A DNA stretch of 64,000 nucleotides, taken from contig JBHGNT010000010.1 of the NCBI GenBank assembly GCA_043228905.1, forward strand, positions 5,580,001 to 5,644,000. The letters are read 5' to 3'. The notes beneath the pieces were generated by a model. It searched no databases and was not told the DNA's origin. It saw nothing but the letters and a program-made list of their open reading frames with translations. Made by a program: the position numbers and the translations under genes. Positions 24,440 through 37,900 of this stretch are shown here, piece after piece. Position 1 is the stretch's first letter. Each line of letters opens with the position of its first letter. This DNA comes from Azolla caroliniana (Eukaryota > Plantae > Polypodiophyta).

Positions 24440-27400
24440 ATGGATTCTGGCGATGAAGAGATCTGTGCTGCTCTCACAAGGATGGCCTTTGCTGGCGATG
24501 GCATGGTCCTAGGGTTAGGCGTGGCCGTCTTAGCTATCAGAACATGGATCAGGTTCTGGTTCCACTCGAAAGCTCTTCATCACCTCGAAGGAACTCCATT
24601 GTCTCGGATCTCAGACCTTCGTAGCCTCGTCCCTCTGCAGGATCCCAAACAGACCAGCTCTTCTCTTCAATCTTCCACCTCAGGTCATCATCAGCATCAA
24701 CATAGTCAGAGTCAGAATCCGGAGACTGAGAAACCTATGGTGGTCATCAGAGGGAAAGTCAGTACAAGACCATTGGTGGATTCTCAATGGTTGAGAAAAG
24801 AAGCTGGACTTCTTACTGCACATAATGCAACATCAGAGAAAGCTGTCATCGTCCAAAGAACTCAAACGGTAGGTTGCTCTTTTCCGCCATTCTGTGCAGC
24901 CATGATATTTCTTGCCTATTTGACCATGGTTTACCTTTCTTTAATGTTGCTCTGTGACTTGTTTTCTTGTCTGTGTTGCTCTGTATAACTACGATCTTTG
25001 TTATTAGAGTGGAATCAAATTAAAATTTATCTTCAATTTTAGTCAAATAAGAGTTCCTTCCTGCATCAAAACTTATACTGTTCTCATCCTTTTTTGGGGG
25101 TTGCAATTTTCTATGAAATTAAATGTAGCAATGATTTGATGTATCTACGCAAATACTTTAACTTTTTTGTTTACGCAAATTATGACCAAAATGATCTGAA
25201 CTGTCTCTTTGTTTTGCTTATGAAGACCTTCTTTCTGCAAATTTGTAATGTTCTTATCCATTAGTAATCTGAACTGGTGAACCAAAAAAAGAAGGTGCAT
25301 GTCTCATATCTACCTTATATTGTTTCGGTATCGTGCATCATTCTGAACAGGGATAAGGATCATGTTGGAATTAATTGGAAGGTATTCTACAAGGTTCTGC
25401 ATATTACATGCATGCAAAGAGGTAAAACATGTTTTTTTACTTGTAAAATTGATGTATATGTATGTATCTCAGATGTATACAATCCATCATATGTGTATAT
25501 CTCAATACCATCTAAGATGCTTGGGTCATGAAGTGCTTTTGAGAGTAATTATTAGAGCTGCATCGTTTCTTTCGTATCAATGTAAATACAGGGTTTATTT
25601 TATATTATAAGTTTATTAATTAGGGATTCCCTCGGGAAGTTTTTTTTAACTTTCAATTTCTCTGCAAATTGTTTTTAAATCTGTCTTTCTTTGTTTTAAT
25701 TGAACATTATATATGCCAATATCTGATACATAAGGACATTCTAACAATTGCAGTGCCTTTACAATGAGTGGAGAGGCTTGTTTGGCTGGAGTTTGGATTG
25801 GAGAGGACTTCTTGGGTGGGGCTCTGTGAAAGAACAGGTTATCGTGTCAACGAGAAAGGTATTTATGCATTCTGATAATATGTGGTATTTGAAGTTTAAT
25901 GGGCAATCTGTTTTATAGTTATATGGGATACATTTTGAAGACTGTGAAACTCTTATTTACTTCCCCGGATCAGTGGGAGTGTGATGAGCCCTACAATCTG
26001 TCAGCTTTTGCAAGAAGACTTTCTGTCTTTCTTTGGTGATGAGCACCTGTTTCGGATAGCATGACATGATAGGATATTGAGGATTTTACTCCCGATTGTG
26101 TATGTAAGAACAAAATTTGGATTTTTTCTATTTTATTCCATGCACTAAGCTTGCTTGAAGTCTGGACTCACAACATGCATTCCACTTTTTTGTCAATGGG
26201 ACATTAATACCAAAGTATTTGAAGCTTTGTGCCACTTGTATTGGTTCTCCCCTCTATATTAAAGTGGGATAGTGTGTTGGTTATATGGCCGTTATTGCCA
26301 TCAGTTTTGTTGTACATGTTAACAATAAGCCTAGTGATCGGACAAAATGTTCCCAATACATCAAGTGTTGCATATCATCCAGAATATGCAAGAATAAAAC
26401 ATCATTGGCATATAGGACTATAAACATAACCTCTTGCATGAGTTTTAGGCCATCTAATCTTTCTTTTGCAGCCTTGTTTTCTATTTCTTTAAGTTTATTG
26501 ATGCATAGACCAAAGAATGCAGGAGAGGGTGGACACCCTTGTGTGACAACTGTGTTCCTCAAGAATTACTCCTAGAAACCACTATCCATTTTCAATTCGC
26601 ACCTAACTTAACTTACTCTTACAGTTGCCACAGACATATCCCATTGTGCATATAAAGCTTATGTACATAATGTTCCATCTCTTTGTTGGAGAATTCACCC
26701 ATTATCTCTTCTTTTTTCCCATTGAGTTGTCTCCATGCTAACTTTGGTGGAAAACATATGAGAAAACTGTACATTTGTGAAAGGAGATAAAATCTTCCTG
26801 GATACAAAATGAGTTAAAAGTAGTGGAGGAGTGGAAAGAAAAGAAGAATGTGTTCAATGCTGTAATGAAGTAGTGATAGGCTCAAAAAGTTAAATCGGTG
26901 TTGGAATAAAGTAAACTTAGAGAGAGAGGGTTCAAAAGAGATCAGATCTTGGGCTGTCACCCTCCAACACTTCCTCTCAGCTCCAAATCGGTGCTCTTAC
27001 ATTGAGATGGGTAAGGAGTTGATCAATGGTGTCCCCAGAAAGGGGCTTGGTTAAATAGGTTAGGCACTTTTTTTTGGGTGCAACAATAGTCCAATATGAT
27101 GATCTGACCAGCGATAAGGTCATGAACTTTAGAGCTCTATCCAAATGTGAGCAAAAGGTAAGAAAATATAAGATAGAAAAACAGAGAAGAGAGAGAAAGA
27201 AGGGTGCCGATCCACCCGACCACCCCCGAGCGAAGGGATCGAGGTGAACTCAAGCCTCGATCGGCATCCCATACCATCGTCATGGCATTGAGTCATACCT
27301 GGTATTAGAGCGCTCGTTACAAGAGTTGATCACCACAAGCTCAGAGTCTCGACGTAGTCGATAATGTGTCAAATGAGGGTAGCTAGAACTAAGGTCCCCA

Positions 27401-30400
27401 AGCAAGTTCACACTTGGGTTCTAGGATGGTGAACATAATCTTCTAGCGAGGAACATTTCCGTCTAGAGAGTTTCATTAATGCTTGTGTTGCCTCGGTGTG
27501 AGATGGAGGTTGTAGAAATTTACCCTTGAAAACCTTGACAAAGTCAGTCTAGGTATCATGCAATTTCTCCATAGTGCAGAGCCCACGTCACGAGGCAGTG
27601 GCCTTACCCCCAGTTCTTGACCGACATATGCAATCTTTGTACTATCTGGCTTGGGATAGAGCTCAAAAGGAAACTCCCATCGCCAAGCCATGTGCAGATT
27701 GCTTCTTCGGTTCTTTCCTTTTTTCCTCTCGTAAATGGCCTTACAACAAACGATGGTTCACCTTGACATTCATTTGGTTTATTAGTATCGCTTTGCATAC
27801 TAATGAACCATGCTTGTAGAGCACCATGAGATTGCCGAAGTTTGGAAATCTCGGTCAAGGTAGAATTAAGGAAATTTTGTATTTGTAAAAAATATGACTT
27901 AATTGGGATTGTCCCAGGAGTATTTCCTTGAATTGCCTCCGCTTGGGAGGATGTCATTTGGTCGTTATTATGAGCCATAAGAATATAATGTCCAGCAAAG
28001 AAATAGCCATAACATAATGTCATGATGTAAACATATCATGGGCAAACATTAATTGATATCATTATCTCACGTTTATACCCCTCTGGACATATGAGATGAG
28101 GTTCAAGATCAGGTAACTATGGTACCACAAAGGTCTTTTAAAAACCATGGGGTTGACAAATGAATGTCTTTCCCTGATCTCTATATCGATTTTTACATGG
28201 CGGCTCCCCGAGGCTCAACCTTGTTTGTTCGCAACATGAATAGTTTATACACGAAAAATGTTAATAATAAACTATGTCTCTGTGCCCACCCATGTGGTTT
28301 CGGCTCTTTAAGTCCTATTACGAGGACCCCGAAATGCACTTAGACCTAAACTCTAAACATGTTTTATAGTCATATGCATCAATAATGTTGTATGGTCTTA
28401 GTGATATTTGAACTTGAAACCTCGAGAACAAAGCCATTAAACACTTGAGCTAACCAATTGGCTTGCTTCTATTGAATGTTTAATGTTTATGTGTATGAGA
28501 GATATGCAAAGGCATTTGCCCATATATCTTTTTTAAAAGAAAACATGTGTTTGGAATCTTTATTTCCCTCTCGTTAACTAGAAAACTATGTTGGTACGTT
28601 ACCCAACCTCAAGTCTCATCATTACAATGGCATACCATAAGGAGCAACCTTATGGTCAAACCAACATTAGCCATCCTTTCGTGGTAGGCCCATGTGGCCC
28701 ATCACATGGTTACTTCATTATGAATGCCTTCCGTAATGATGATCTCATGGTGGCATCGTAATCATATAATGATTGGAGTTTTGGATGCGTGTTTCATAAG
28801 GGCGACCTTGCATGAAGTGGGTCAAGCCCTCATACTACAACATCATTGTGGCTATGCTTGTTCAAGGTGACCAAGGGGGATAACAAAATAAATTCATTAA
28901 AAAGGATGGTGACTATGCCATTCTCGCAAAAAATTTGAGGACGACCACCAAGATCCTTACCCTGAAAGACAACCATTGATAAAATAATAGCACGTTCTAA
29001 ATAACTAATATATACACTATATGTTTATGACATGTATATGATCTAATATGTATACATGTGATCATATTTGTATATATCAAAGAATCCTTAACAAAACATA
29101 ACCAACGAATGATGTAATCCAGATACGTAATCGAGGCATATAGCCTCTACACACACGTAACATCCAAAATAAGGGTGAACGTAATACGCAACTGAGGTAT
29201 TGACCTCTTACGCATATGACACAGATTGCATATCAAATACATAGCAATTGAGGTATTGACCTCATACGCATACATAATATATGTATGTGAACGTAATAAG
29301 TAATTGAGGTGTTGACCTCATATGCATGCAACACAAATCACATATCAAATGTATGTCAATTGAGGTATTGACCGCATACGCATATGTATACGTTTTATAC
29401 ACTGAATAAATGAGATTACTACATTTTGACATAAACATGATTAGAATGGGAGAATAAAGAATAGAAAAAGGAAAGAAATATTGAAGTTCCTTCATTGACG
29501 CGTTTTTGGATCACGCTCGAACGAATATCGATCGATCACCATAAAAAAACAAAACACAACAAAAGAAACATTAGGAAAAATGCTCAGATACCAACTGTTA
29601 GAACTTTATCTTAATGTAAGCAAAAGATAAGGAAATATATGATAGGAAAATAGAGGAGAGAGAGAGAGAGAAGTGTGTCGATCCACCTGACCACCCCATA
29701 CCACCACCGTGGCTTTGAGTCGTACCTTGTACTGACGCGCTCGCTACAAGAGTTGATCACCACAAGATTAGAGTGTCGACGTAGTCGATCATGTGTCAAA
29801 TGAGGGTAGCTAAGCCTCGTATTTATAGCCAGACCTAAGGTCCCCAAGCAAGTTCACACTTGACCTTAATGGGGGTCTCAATCCCTAGGATTAAAAGTAA
29901 TCCTCCCTTATTTACACTCTCAGTTAACCCTCACAAGTTATCCTCATGTATAGAATACTACGTTACAACTTACCACGGGATATTATATGGTGATGTTCGT
30001 AACATGAACAAAATGATGGTGAACTTCAATGAGTTTAGTTCTATAATGGAAGGAGGAATTTTGTGCTTAGGCATGAGCACTTTTGCGATCAGTGGGAACT
30101 CGAATAGGAGTAGCTTTTGGAATGTTAAGATGGTCAAGGATTTGCACGGCCTGTATCCAAATAAGTCTCTGTATACAAAATGGAAACTGAAATTAATTCT
30201 TGAACTTCCAAGACAAAGTTGAGATCCTTGAGCATAGTTTCAGAAATAATAGAAAATTGTGTGAATATGCATGGATTCTTTCATTGGAGCAGCATTCTTA
30301 ATTAAATTCCTGTGTGGTTGTGCATTTAATGATTGTTGTCTTTGCACATTATGCACTGAGAAAACTCTCTTACAATAAAATTTGTGTTGCAGGTTCCATT

Positions 30401-31819
30401 TGTACTTTTTGATGGGAGCGGATTTCATGATAATGTCTATGCTCTCATTGATATGGACGAATCAAAACATGGACTTCCATTAACCACTGTTTATCACCAA
30501 CTGCACCCTGTACATGCATCACCATACACTTTGCTGCAAGCCATATTTGGAAGAGGATATCCTGTAAGTTCTATTTGCATTAATTCTTGTCATCTGTATG
30601 AACAAATTCTCAAATACCTCAGGAGTTCAATTTGTTCTTAGTTCTAAGATGCAAATTGCAGGTTGGAATTTTGGATGAAGAAAAAATATTACCTCCAGGC
30701 AAGGAGATAACAGCAATTGGGATTTTGGATAGGGATATAGATGGTCAACCAGTTATCAAATCATCGAATCAGATGCCTTTTTTCTTGTATGTTAGTAAAC
30801 AAATACTCGACCGAATGTGATATAATCATGTGTAGACCTTGTGTGTGTGTGTGTTTGTTTGTGCTTTGAGAGAGGGAAAGAAGATTAATATCTGTGTGGA
30901 GGCCATATTCGGCTGACAAGACAGATACATCATGTGCTTATGTAAAGACAGATGAGTATGTGTTTATGTAAGACAGATGATCTGTTTCTAGGACTGACTT
31001 GACAAGGGAACAATTGCTGATTGATCTGGCAACAAATACCAAGGTGCTTCTATGGACAGGCTTGATAATCAGCACATGTGCTGTAGGAGTATTGAGCTAC
31101 GCCTTCTACAGGTAATAACTTTACTACTCTTTTGTATGTTCTTTTATCACCAGATATCTAATGCTTATTTCAAAATGAGTGCAAGAAACAGAAGAAGAGG
31201 TTCTCTCCTCTTTCTCATGGGCTTACTCTAGTGGTAAGCTATTAGTCTATCAACAGAAGGTCATGGATTCACCATATATTAGCGACACCATAAAATCCTT
31301 CTCCTTAATATTTCACATTTCTATATTAAACTAATAACCAAGATTCGAACAGTCAAATTAGGAAACGCGCTTTATTTTTCATTTGAGCTTTTAGTGTTTC
31401 TTTTATTATTCTACTATCACCAATATAGCCACTTCCTCTCATATTTGTTTGTGTTCAAAGTAAATTTAGTAACATGAATTTTTTGCATATAATATTTCTT
31501 TAAGGAAATTCATTGAAACCCATTAAACTAGTTTCTTTGTAGGAATTGGCGCAGGTATAAGGAGTGGAAATTAGAGAGAGAACAGCAATGCAAGCAAGAC
31601 AGGCTTTCTGCCGAACAAATAGAGGAGGATGTCTCAGATATACCAGATAGGGAACTCTGTGTAATCTGCCTTCTTCGGCGCAGACGAGCAGCTTTTCTTC
31701 ATTGTGGACACCTAGTTTGCTGTGTTCATTGTGCCCAAAGAGTGGAAGAAGATATTAATGCAAGATGCCCCGTGTGTAGACAGAATGTCAGTAGCATAGT
31801 ACGGATATATGATGTTTGA
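24440..31819 (+). CDS. SPL2: E3 ubiquitin ligase SP1-like 2 (GIDE domain, two TM segments, C-terminal C3HC4 RING), ~408 aa
   Basis: Exons 24440-24868, 25754-25858, 30393-30563, 30662-30786, 30992-31111 and 31543-31819, all GT-AG and phase-consistent (1227 nt). Motifs ISDLRSL, IVQRTQT, LPLTTVY, EKILPPGKEITAIG and CVIC..CGH..C..C..CPVC match the plant SPL2 family as I recall it. Confidence 0.93.
26229..26600 (-). mobile_element. LINE RT fragment in SPL2 intron 2
   Basis: Degenerate QGCPPSPAFFGL...VLYAND (QGCPLSP / YADD motifs). Confidence 0.65.
27127..29967 (-). mobile_element. Old internally deleted LTR retroelement in SPL2 intron 2
   Basis: Two diverged direct repeats (~27127-27420 and 29596-29967) share acaagagttgatcaccacaag...tgtgtcaaatgagggtagcta. 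A PBS tggtatctgagc lies on the - strand at ~29582-29593. There is a gag-like remnant near 27560-27780. Confidence 0.6.
29188..29390. repeat. Four-copy 56-bp tandem repeat with hairpin core GAGGT-ATTG-ACCTC
   Basis: Units start at 29188, 29244, 29300 and 29356. Confidence 0.8.
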
Positions 31820-31969
31820 AGTGTACCTCAACGAGCAAAAGCTTCCCAATATCATTTTTTGGAGCAATTTACTTTCCACTTCTGGGTTATTTTTCTTAGC
31901 TAGATATTTAGATGCACAATATTTTGAAACAATGAGTCTCTGGTGAAACTTGTACTTAATGGCCCATGT

Positions 31970-34900
31970 ATAGCAAACAAATGTATATTATCTGTTAAAG
32001 AGTAGAGATGTGATAATCACTTGTAACTTATTTCAAGCATGTCCTTAATATTCATTTGAAGAGTAAGTGGATATTCATTTAGAGAATCAATGGAAGATTG
32101 TAAATGGTGTTCAAACATCACCAAAGTATGAAATCTCTATTGTGAAATTTGTACTTGTTTCTCCACATATAGCAAACAAATGTGCATATTAACAATTGAA
32201 AAAAGAGATGTAATGTTTTGTAATTTTTTCCAAGAGTGTTCTTGTTAATGGCAGGATCATCCTAGCATTATTTATTAAATATTATTGTAAATTCTAGCTT
32301 TGAATTAAATATTCGTCATATCTTGGTGGTTACATTGTTTTGGATCTTGACGTTTCATCTTGTAGAACCAATATGTATAAGAATCAATACACGGAGAAAA
32401 AAGAGAGGAAAAGAAGCAATACACAGAGATATTTGGATAGCAAATTGTTTCTAACTTTATGAGCCCGACAGTGGTGAATATTTTGGACATTTTTCTCAGA
32501 GAGGAAACACATTGGCGACTGCATGGCGAATGGGAGTGAACTTAGATCTAAACGTCTAACCAAGGACAAATATCGACCCAATTACAACCTGAGGGGGAGA
32601 CGAGGAGAGAAGGTTGAAGCAATAGTACAACCGGCAAGAGACAGATACATCAGAACCACTCAGAAGAAGAAAGACATTCAAGTGGAGGAGCAATAGGGTA
32701 TAATCCTAGAAACCTCAAGAGATTCGATCCAGGAAGTTAGCAGTTTCTTTGCTGCAGCAAGTTCTCCAACATTGAGTAGACCGAGCTCCCAATGGAAGGA
32801 GGGAGTAGCGAATTGAGTGGGAGGAGGAACCGTGAGCAAAGGGTCCAGGAGGCTGCACAGATTAGTGGATGCCAGGCCGAGGAAGAAGGTGACGATTTGA
32901 TCGAAAACTCCAACGAAGAGAGAAGAGACTGACGAGGAAGAAAGGAAGCAATGCTGCGGAAGCCACAAAGCACCAACTAAGAATATGAAACTTCCGTCTA
33001 TCCTCGAGAAAGGAAGCAATAGAGTGGTTTCAGCAATGATGATAACCACTTTGCTCGATTTGAGGATGTCACCGCTGCATTCCTAAAACATTTTTGAAAG
33101 GAGCGGGATAGACCCAGGTCCTCGACAAGCTTTATGCATTCTCACAAGAAGATGAGCAGTCGATAGCAAACTTTGCAGTAAAGTTTCGCTGCCTGTTCAA
33201 AAGAGTGGAAGTGGCACAGAGACCCCCACAAATGGCACTGAATCACATATTCAGCAAGCACTATGAAGGGGAATTTGTAGTAACCTAGGAGGCCTGGATC
33301 TGGTGAGTGCCTCAATCGACGAGATCATTGAGAATAGAGAGAGGATCGAGTGATTGACCGCCTTTAGGTCATGCAAGGACCGGAGAAAAAGTCACGAGAC
33401 GAAAGGATGTCTTTGACGGTGATTTGAATGATGAAGATTGTCGAAGAAGCCCTTACCAAGGGAAGGAAGGAGCTAAAGAAAGGAAGTCGGAAGAGGAATT
33501 GACAATGCCAGGCAGATTTAGAGAGGAATTGTACTGCACGACATGCAAGAACGTCGAGTGCGCAAAGAATAACTGTGGCCTGAATAATAGGTTCTGTGCA
33601 ATCTGTGACATGACGAGTCACAACACGAGTGATTGTAGATACAATGCTCGAACACAGGGAGTAGGAGTATTGATAATGGAACCAAGAAAGGTGACACACA
33701 CATCAGGGCCCACAATGTCGATCCTACAACAACCAGTGGAATAATCAAGGATCTGGCAAAGGTAGGCAATCGAACAGAGGAAATCGATCGTGCTATTTCT
33801 GCCAAGAGGAAGGACACATCAAACCACAATGTCCAAATTTCCTGGCTATCCTGACCGAAGGATAGCCTCTGACCGTCAACATGGTTCAGATTTGTGAGCA
33901 ACTAGAGGAACCAGAAATTAATGTAGGAGAGATGAGAGAATGAGGAAGACCTCGAAAAGGTATTGTCCGACGAATGGAAGGAGCAAAAGGACATAAGAAT
34001 AGATGTCCACAAGTGGTTGAAAGGAAAAACAAACCTCACCATCGAAGCAACAGAGGAGCCAACACAGCCAAGCCAGTTGAGCTGAAGTTGTCGAGAGCCG
34101 AAATGGAGACCAAGGTTTCTGTGACAGAAATGGATCCCATTTGGCAGGAAGTGAATCGCGAGCAAGAAGAAGAAGAGTTCAAGCTCTGGGAGGTGATTTC
34201 AAGCAAAGAGATTTTGATATTAATCAGACAATTATTGGAGCTAGTGCCAATGTTCAGGGACAAACACATTAAATATATTAGAGGAGAAAGCAGTGAAAGA
34301 AAGAAGACACTCCCCGACATTACCAGGGATTCCTGAAATAATCGATCAGGACATACATATGATTATGATAAATGTAGGCATACAGGAAATAGATGATGTA
34401 TTTCTCGATGGCGGTTTCGGAGTGAACATCATCAGCATTGAGACTTGTCAGAGGTTCGGCATAACAGAGTGGAAGCCAACACCATTTTGGGTGTGGATGG
34501 CAAACTAGAGACCAGACAAACCAGAAGGGCTGATTAGGGGTCTCACAATTCAGATCAGGGGTTACCCATTCCGGATTCCGGATAACAACGGTTGTCCTAA
34601 AATTGGGAATAGATGCTTATCCCAGGGCAGCCCGAATCAAGCAGAATTGGTTCAAGGATGTGGTGACCTTTCGACAAGGTTAAAAGAAGGTTCACATCAA
34701 CACATCTAGGCAGAAGAAGCTGTCATCCAGATGGCAACCACTACATGCAGAAAGTCTTAACGTGGTCGACGAAATTGATGACGACGACATCGATGACTTA
34801 ATCGCTAGGGGATCTTTCTTTTTGATATGTGAGATCGATGTACTAAAGGTAGCAAAGGAATATCTAGTTCCCATAGCAGAAAAAGACATAGGAGGAAAGT

Positions 34901-37900
34901 TGTCACTGATGAAAACCAAAACAAAAGGCCCTGTGCATGAAAACACTCCTGAGGAGCAAGAAAGTATCGACGCTGTCCTACAAGAAAATGGTGTGGGAGC
35001 ATGAGATGAACGAAAATCAGAGGCTAAAGGAGGCAGAACTGGAAGAAATTGATGTCAGCACAACAGCATGAACTGAAACCGCTAAAGATAGTGAAGGAGC
35101 TCCCTAAAGACTTCAATCCAAACTTGGACAAATACAAGGATGTATTCACAGGGACTTATGGAGGCATGCGAGGACTTGACCCTAGTTTCTAATAACACAG
35201 AATTCGCTTAAAAGGCAATGTGGTACCAGTTAGACAGCAATGGTAGAGAATGAATCCTATGCAGCTCTTGTAAAAGAGAAATCGACAACATACTCAAGAT
35301 TGGATTCATCAAACCAGTGAAGAGTGCAACATGGGCTCTCACTTATCGTTGTTGTAGCAAAGAAAAATGGTAAAAGATTGGATTCATCAAACCAGTGAAG
35401 AGTGCAACATGGCTCACTTATTGATGTTGTAGCAAAGAAAAATGGTAAGCTTCAAATCTGTGTTGATCACAGAAAACTGAATGCAACTACCATTTCTGAT
35501 CCATTTCCCTTATCATTTACCGATGGGGTTCTTGATGGCGTGGCTGGTTACATGATGTACTCCAGGTACATGATTGGATTCATCAAACCAGTGAAGAGTG
35601 CAACATGGTTCTCACTGTTGTTGTAGCAAAGAAAAATGGTAAGCTTCAAATCTGTGTTGATCACAGAAAACTGAATGCAACTACCATTTCTGATCCATTT
35701 CCCATATCATTTACCGATGGGGTTCTCGATGGCGTGGCTGGTTACATGATGTATTCCAGGTACAACCAGATGAGGATGGTGCCAGTAGACCAAGATAAAA
35801 CGACATTCGTGACCAAATGGGGTGTTTTCGTGGCAATCCTGATGATGTTTGGGCTAAAGACAGCCCCAACAAGCTTCCAACGAGCTATTGCCGAGATATT
35901 CGCACCGTTTATTCCAAAATTTATGCGGTATTTCTCGATGAATTTGCACTGTTCAGAAAGATCATCGATCACATACATTGGCTAGTACAAATCCTCGCAA
36001 GATATAGGTATCAGGTGGGATGTTGCTCGGACATATTGTCAACAAAGATGGAAGTGCCATTGACCCAACAAAAGTAGCGGCAATAATGGAAGCAAACAAT
36101 GCTAAGGAACTTGGTCGATTTTTAGGTATGGTGCGTTGGCATAGGTGAGTATTGGGATACTTAGAAGATGTAGCAACATCGTTACACGCAACTGTCCACA
36201 AGGAGAAGTTGACAGAGGAATGCGAAAGAGCACCGGTGGTTCAGCTGCCTGATTGGTCGAAAGACTTCCATAGCTTTGTCGATGCATCAGATATAGCTAT
36301 CAGAAACGTACTCATGTAGGAGTACAAGACAAAGTGTTTCCACCTAATGTTCTATGCTAGTGGAAGGCTGAACAAAGCTGAACAAAACTACTTGACCACG
36401 GAGTGAGAAGCGCTTGACATGATCTATTCGATTAACAAGTTTAGACACTACTTGTTGAGGGATAAGTTCACATTTCATGTAGATAATTTGACTTTGCTAT
36501 ACTTGGTAAGTAAAACAAAACTAACAAGCAAGTGAGCAAGGTGGATGTTGCTCTTGCAAGAGTTCGAGTTTACAATAATCCACACACCAGGAGTCTTGCA
36601 CGCAACAACAGATTATCTGTCAAGAATCAAAACTAGAAAAGCAGCAACAGGAGTGCCAGGCAACTTCTTGGATGGTGACATTCTGACGTAAGAAGCAGTT
36701 GAAGAAATAAAGATCAAAGGACTAGATGTGTGGTACGAGGAGATCGAATGCTTCCTGACTCAAGGAATTCCACCACCAGGTTTGAAAAGAGATTAGCGGA
36801 AGCGATTTGCATTGCGTAGTGAAGGATTCACTACCATCCACTCCTATACATTCAAGGAGAAGATGTGTTCGGGAGCATGAGAAGCTCGCCATCGTCGACG
36901 AAGCTCATGAGGGAGTGGCAAGCCGACATTGCTTTGGTGAGGTAACTGCTCGAAGAGTATGGTTCGGTGGCTTATGGTGGCCAACCGTATCCAAGGACGT
37001 GCACATGTACTCAAAACAATGCAACGCCTGTTAGTGGCTAGGACAACTGATTGAGAAATCAAGGATGACACACAAACCAATGTTACCATTGGAACCTTTT
37101 CAGAAGCGGGGTTTGTACTTTTGTCAGACGATTCATCCTAGCAGCAGTTCAGACCAACAAGTACATTACATTAGCAATAGACTACTGTACAAAATGGGTC
37201 AAAACAAATGCACTAAGGGAGAATTCAATAGAATTAGTAGCCCGATTTTTGGTTGCCCAATCAAGCCAGTAAGTGATTAGGGCGGTCACTTCATTAACAA
37301 GGTTAAATGGGAGCTTACAACCAGTCATGATTTTGCACAAGGTTAAATGGGATCTTACAACCAGTCATATGATATACTATCCTTAGGTGAATGGATTAAC
37401 GAAATCCTCAAACAAGACTCCATAATGAATTTTGAGGAAGGCGGTGAATGAGCATCGAACAGATTGGGATCAAAAACTACATTTGACGTTATGGGCGTAT
37501 AAAACTTCCTTCAAAGTTACAACAATCGATTCGACATCGTTTCAATTGGTCTACGGCTTACATGCAGTTTATCACAAACTTGTTATGAATTTAGGTGCAA
37601 GAAAGGCTAGACGAGGATGCATCAGTCAACATTCGAAAAATTGAATTGACGAAATTAGGCGAAGAACGGATTCACAACGAAGTAGTGCAGGAGGTAGTAC
37701 AAAGGAGAGAAGCGTTTGTCAACAGGCATCAATGAAAGCATGATAGTGAACTACAACAGGGCAAGGTAGTGTTAGTTTTCTAGAAAAAAATGGGGATTAA
37801 ACTAGGAAAACTAAAACTTTGATGGGCAGGACCATACTGGATCATACAAGTCATCGACGATGGAACCTTCGAGCTTGGCACAATCGGAGGAGAAGTGGTC

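Noticed and set aside
29188-29390. CRISPR-like palindromic repeats with spacers
   Set aside because: Alternate linkers resemble each other (a 112-bp dimer), the context is a plant intron, and there are no cas genes.
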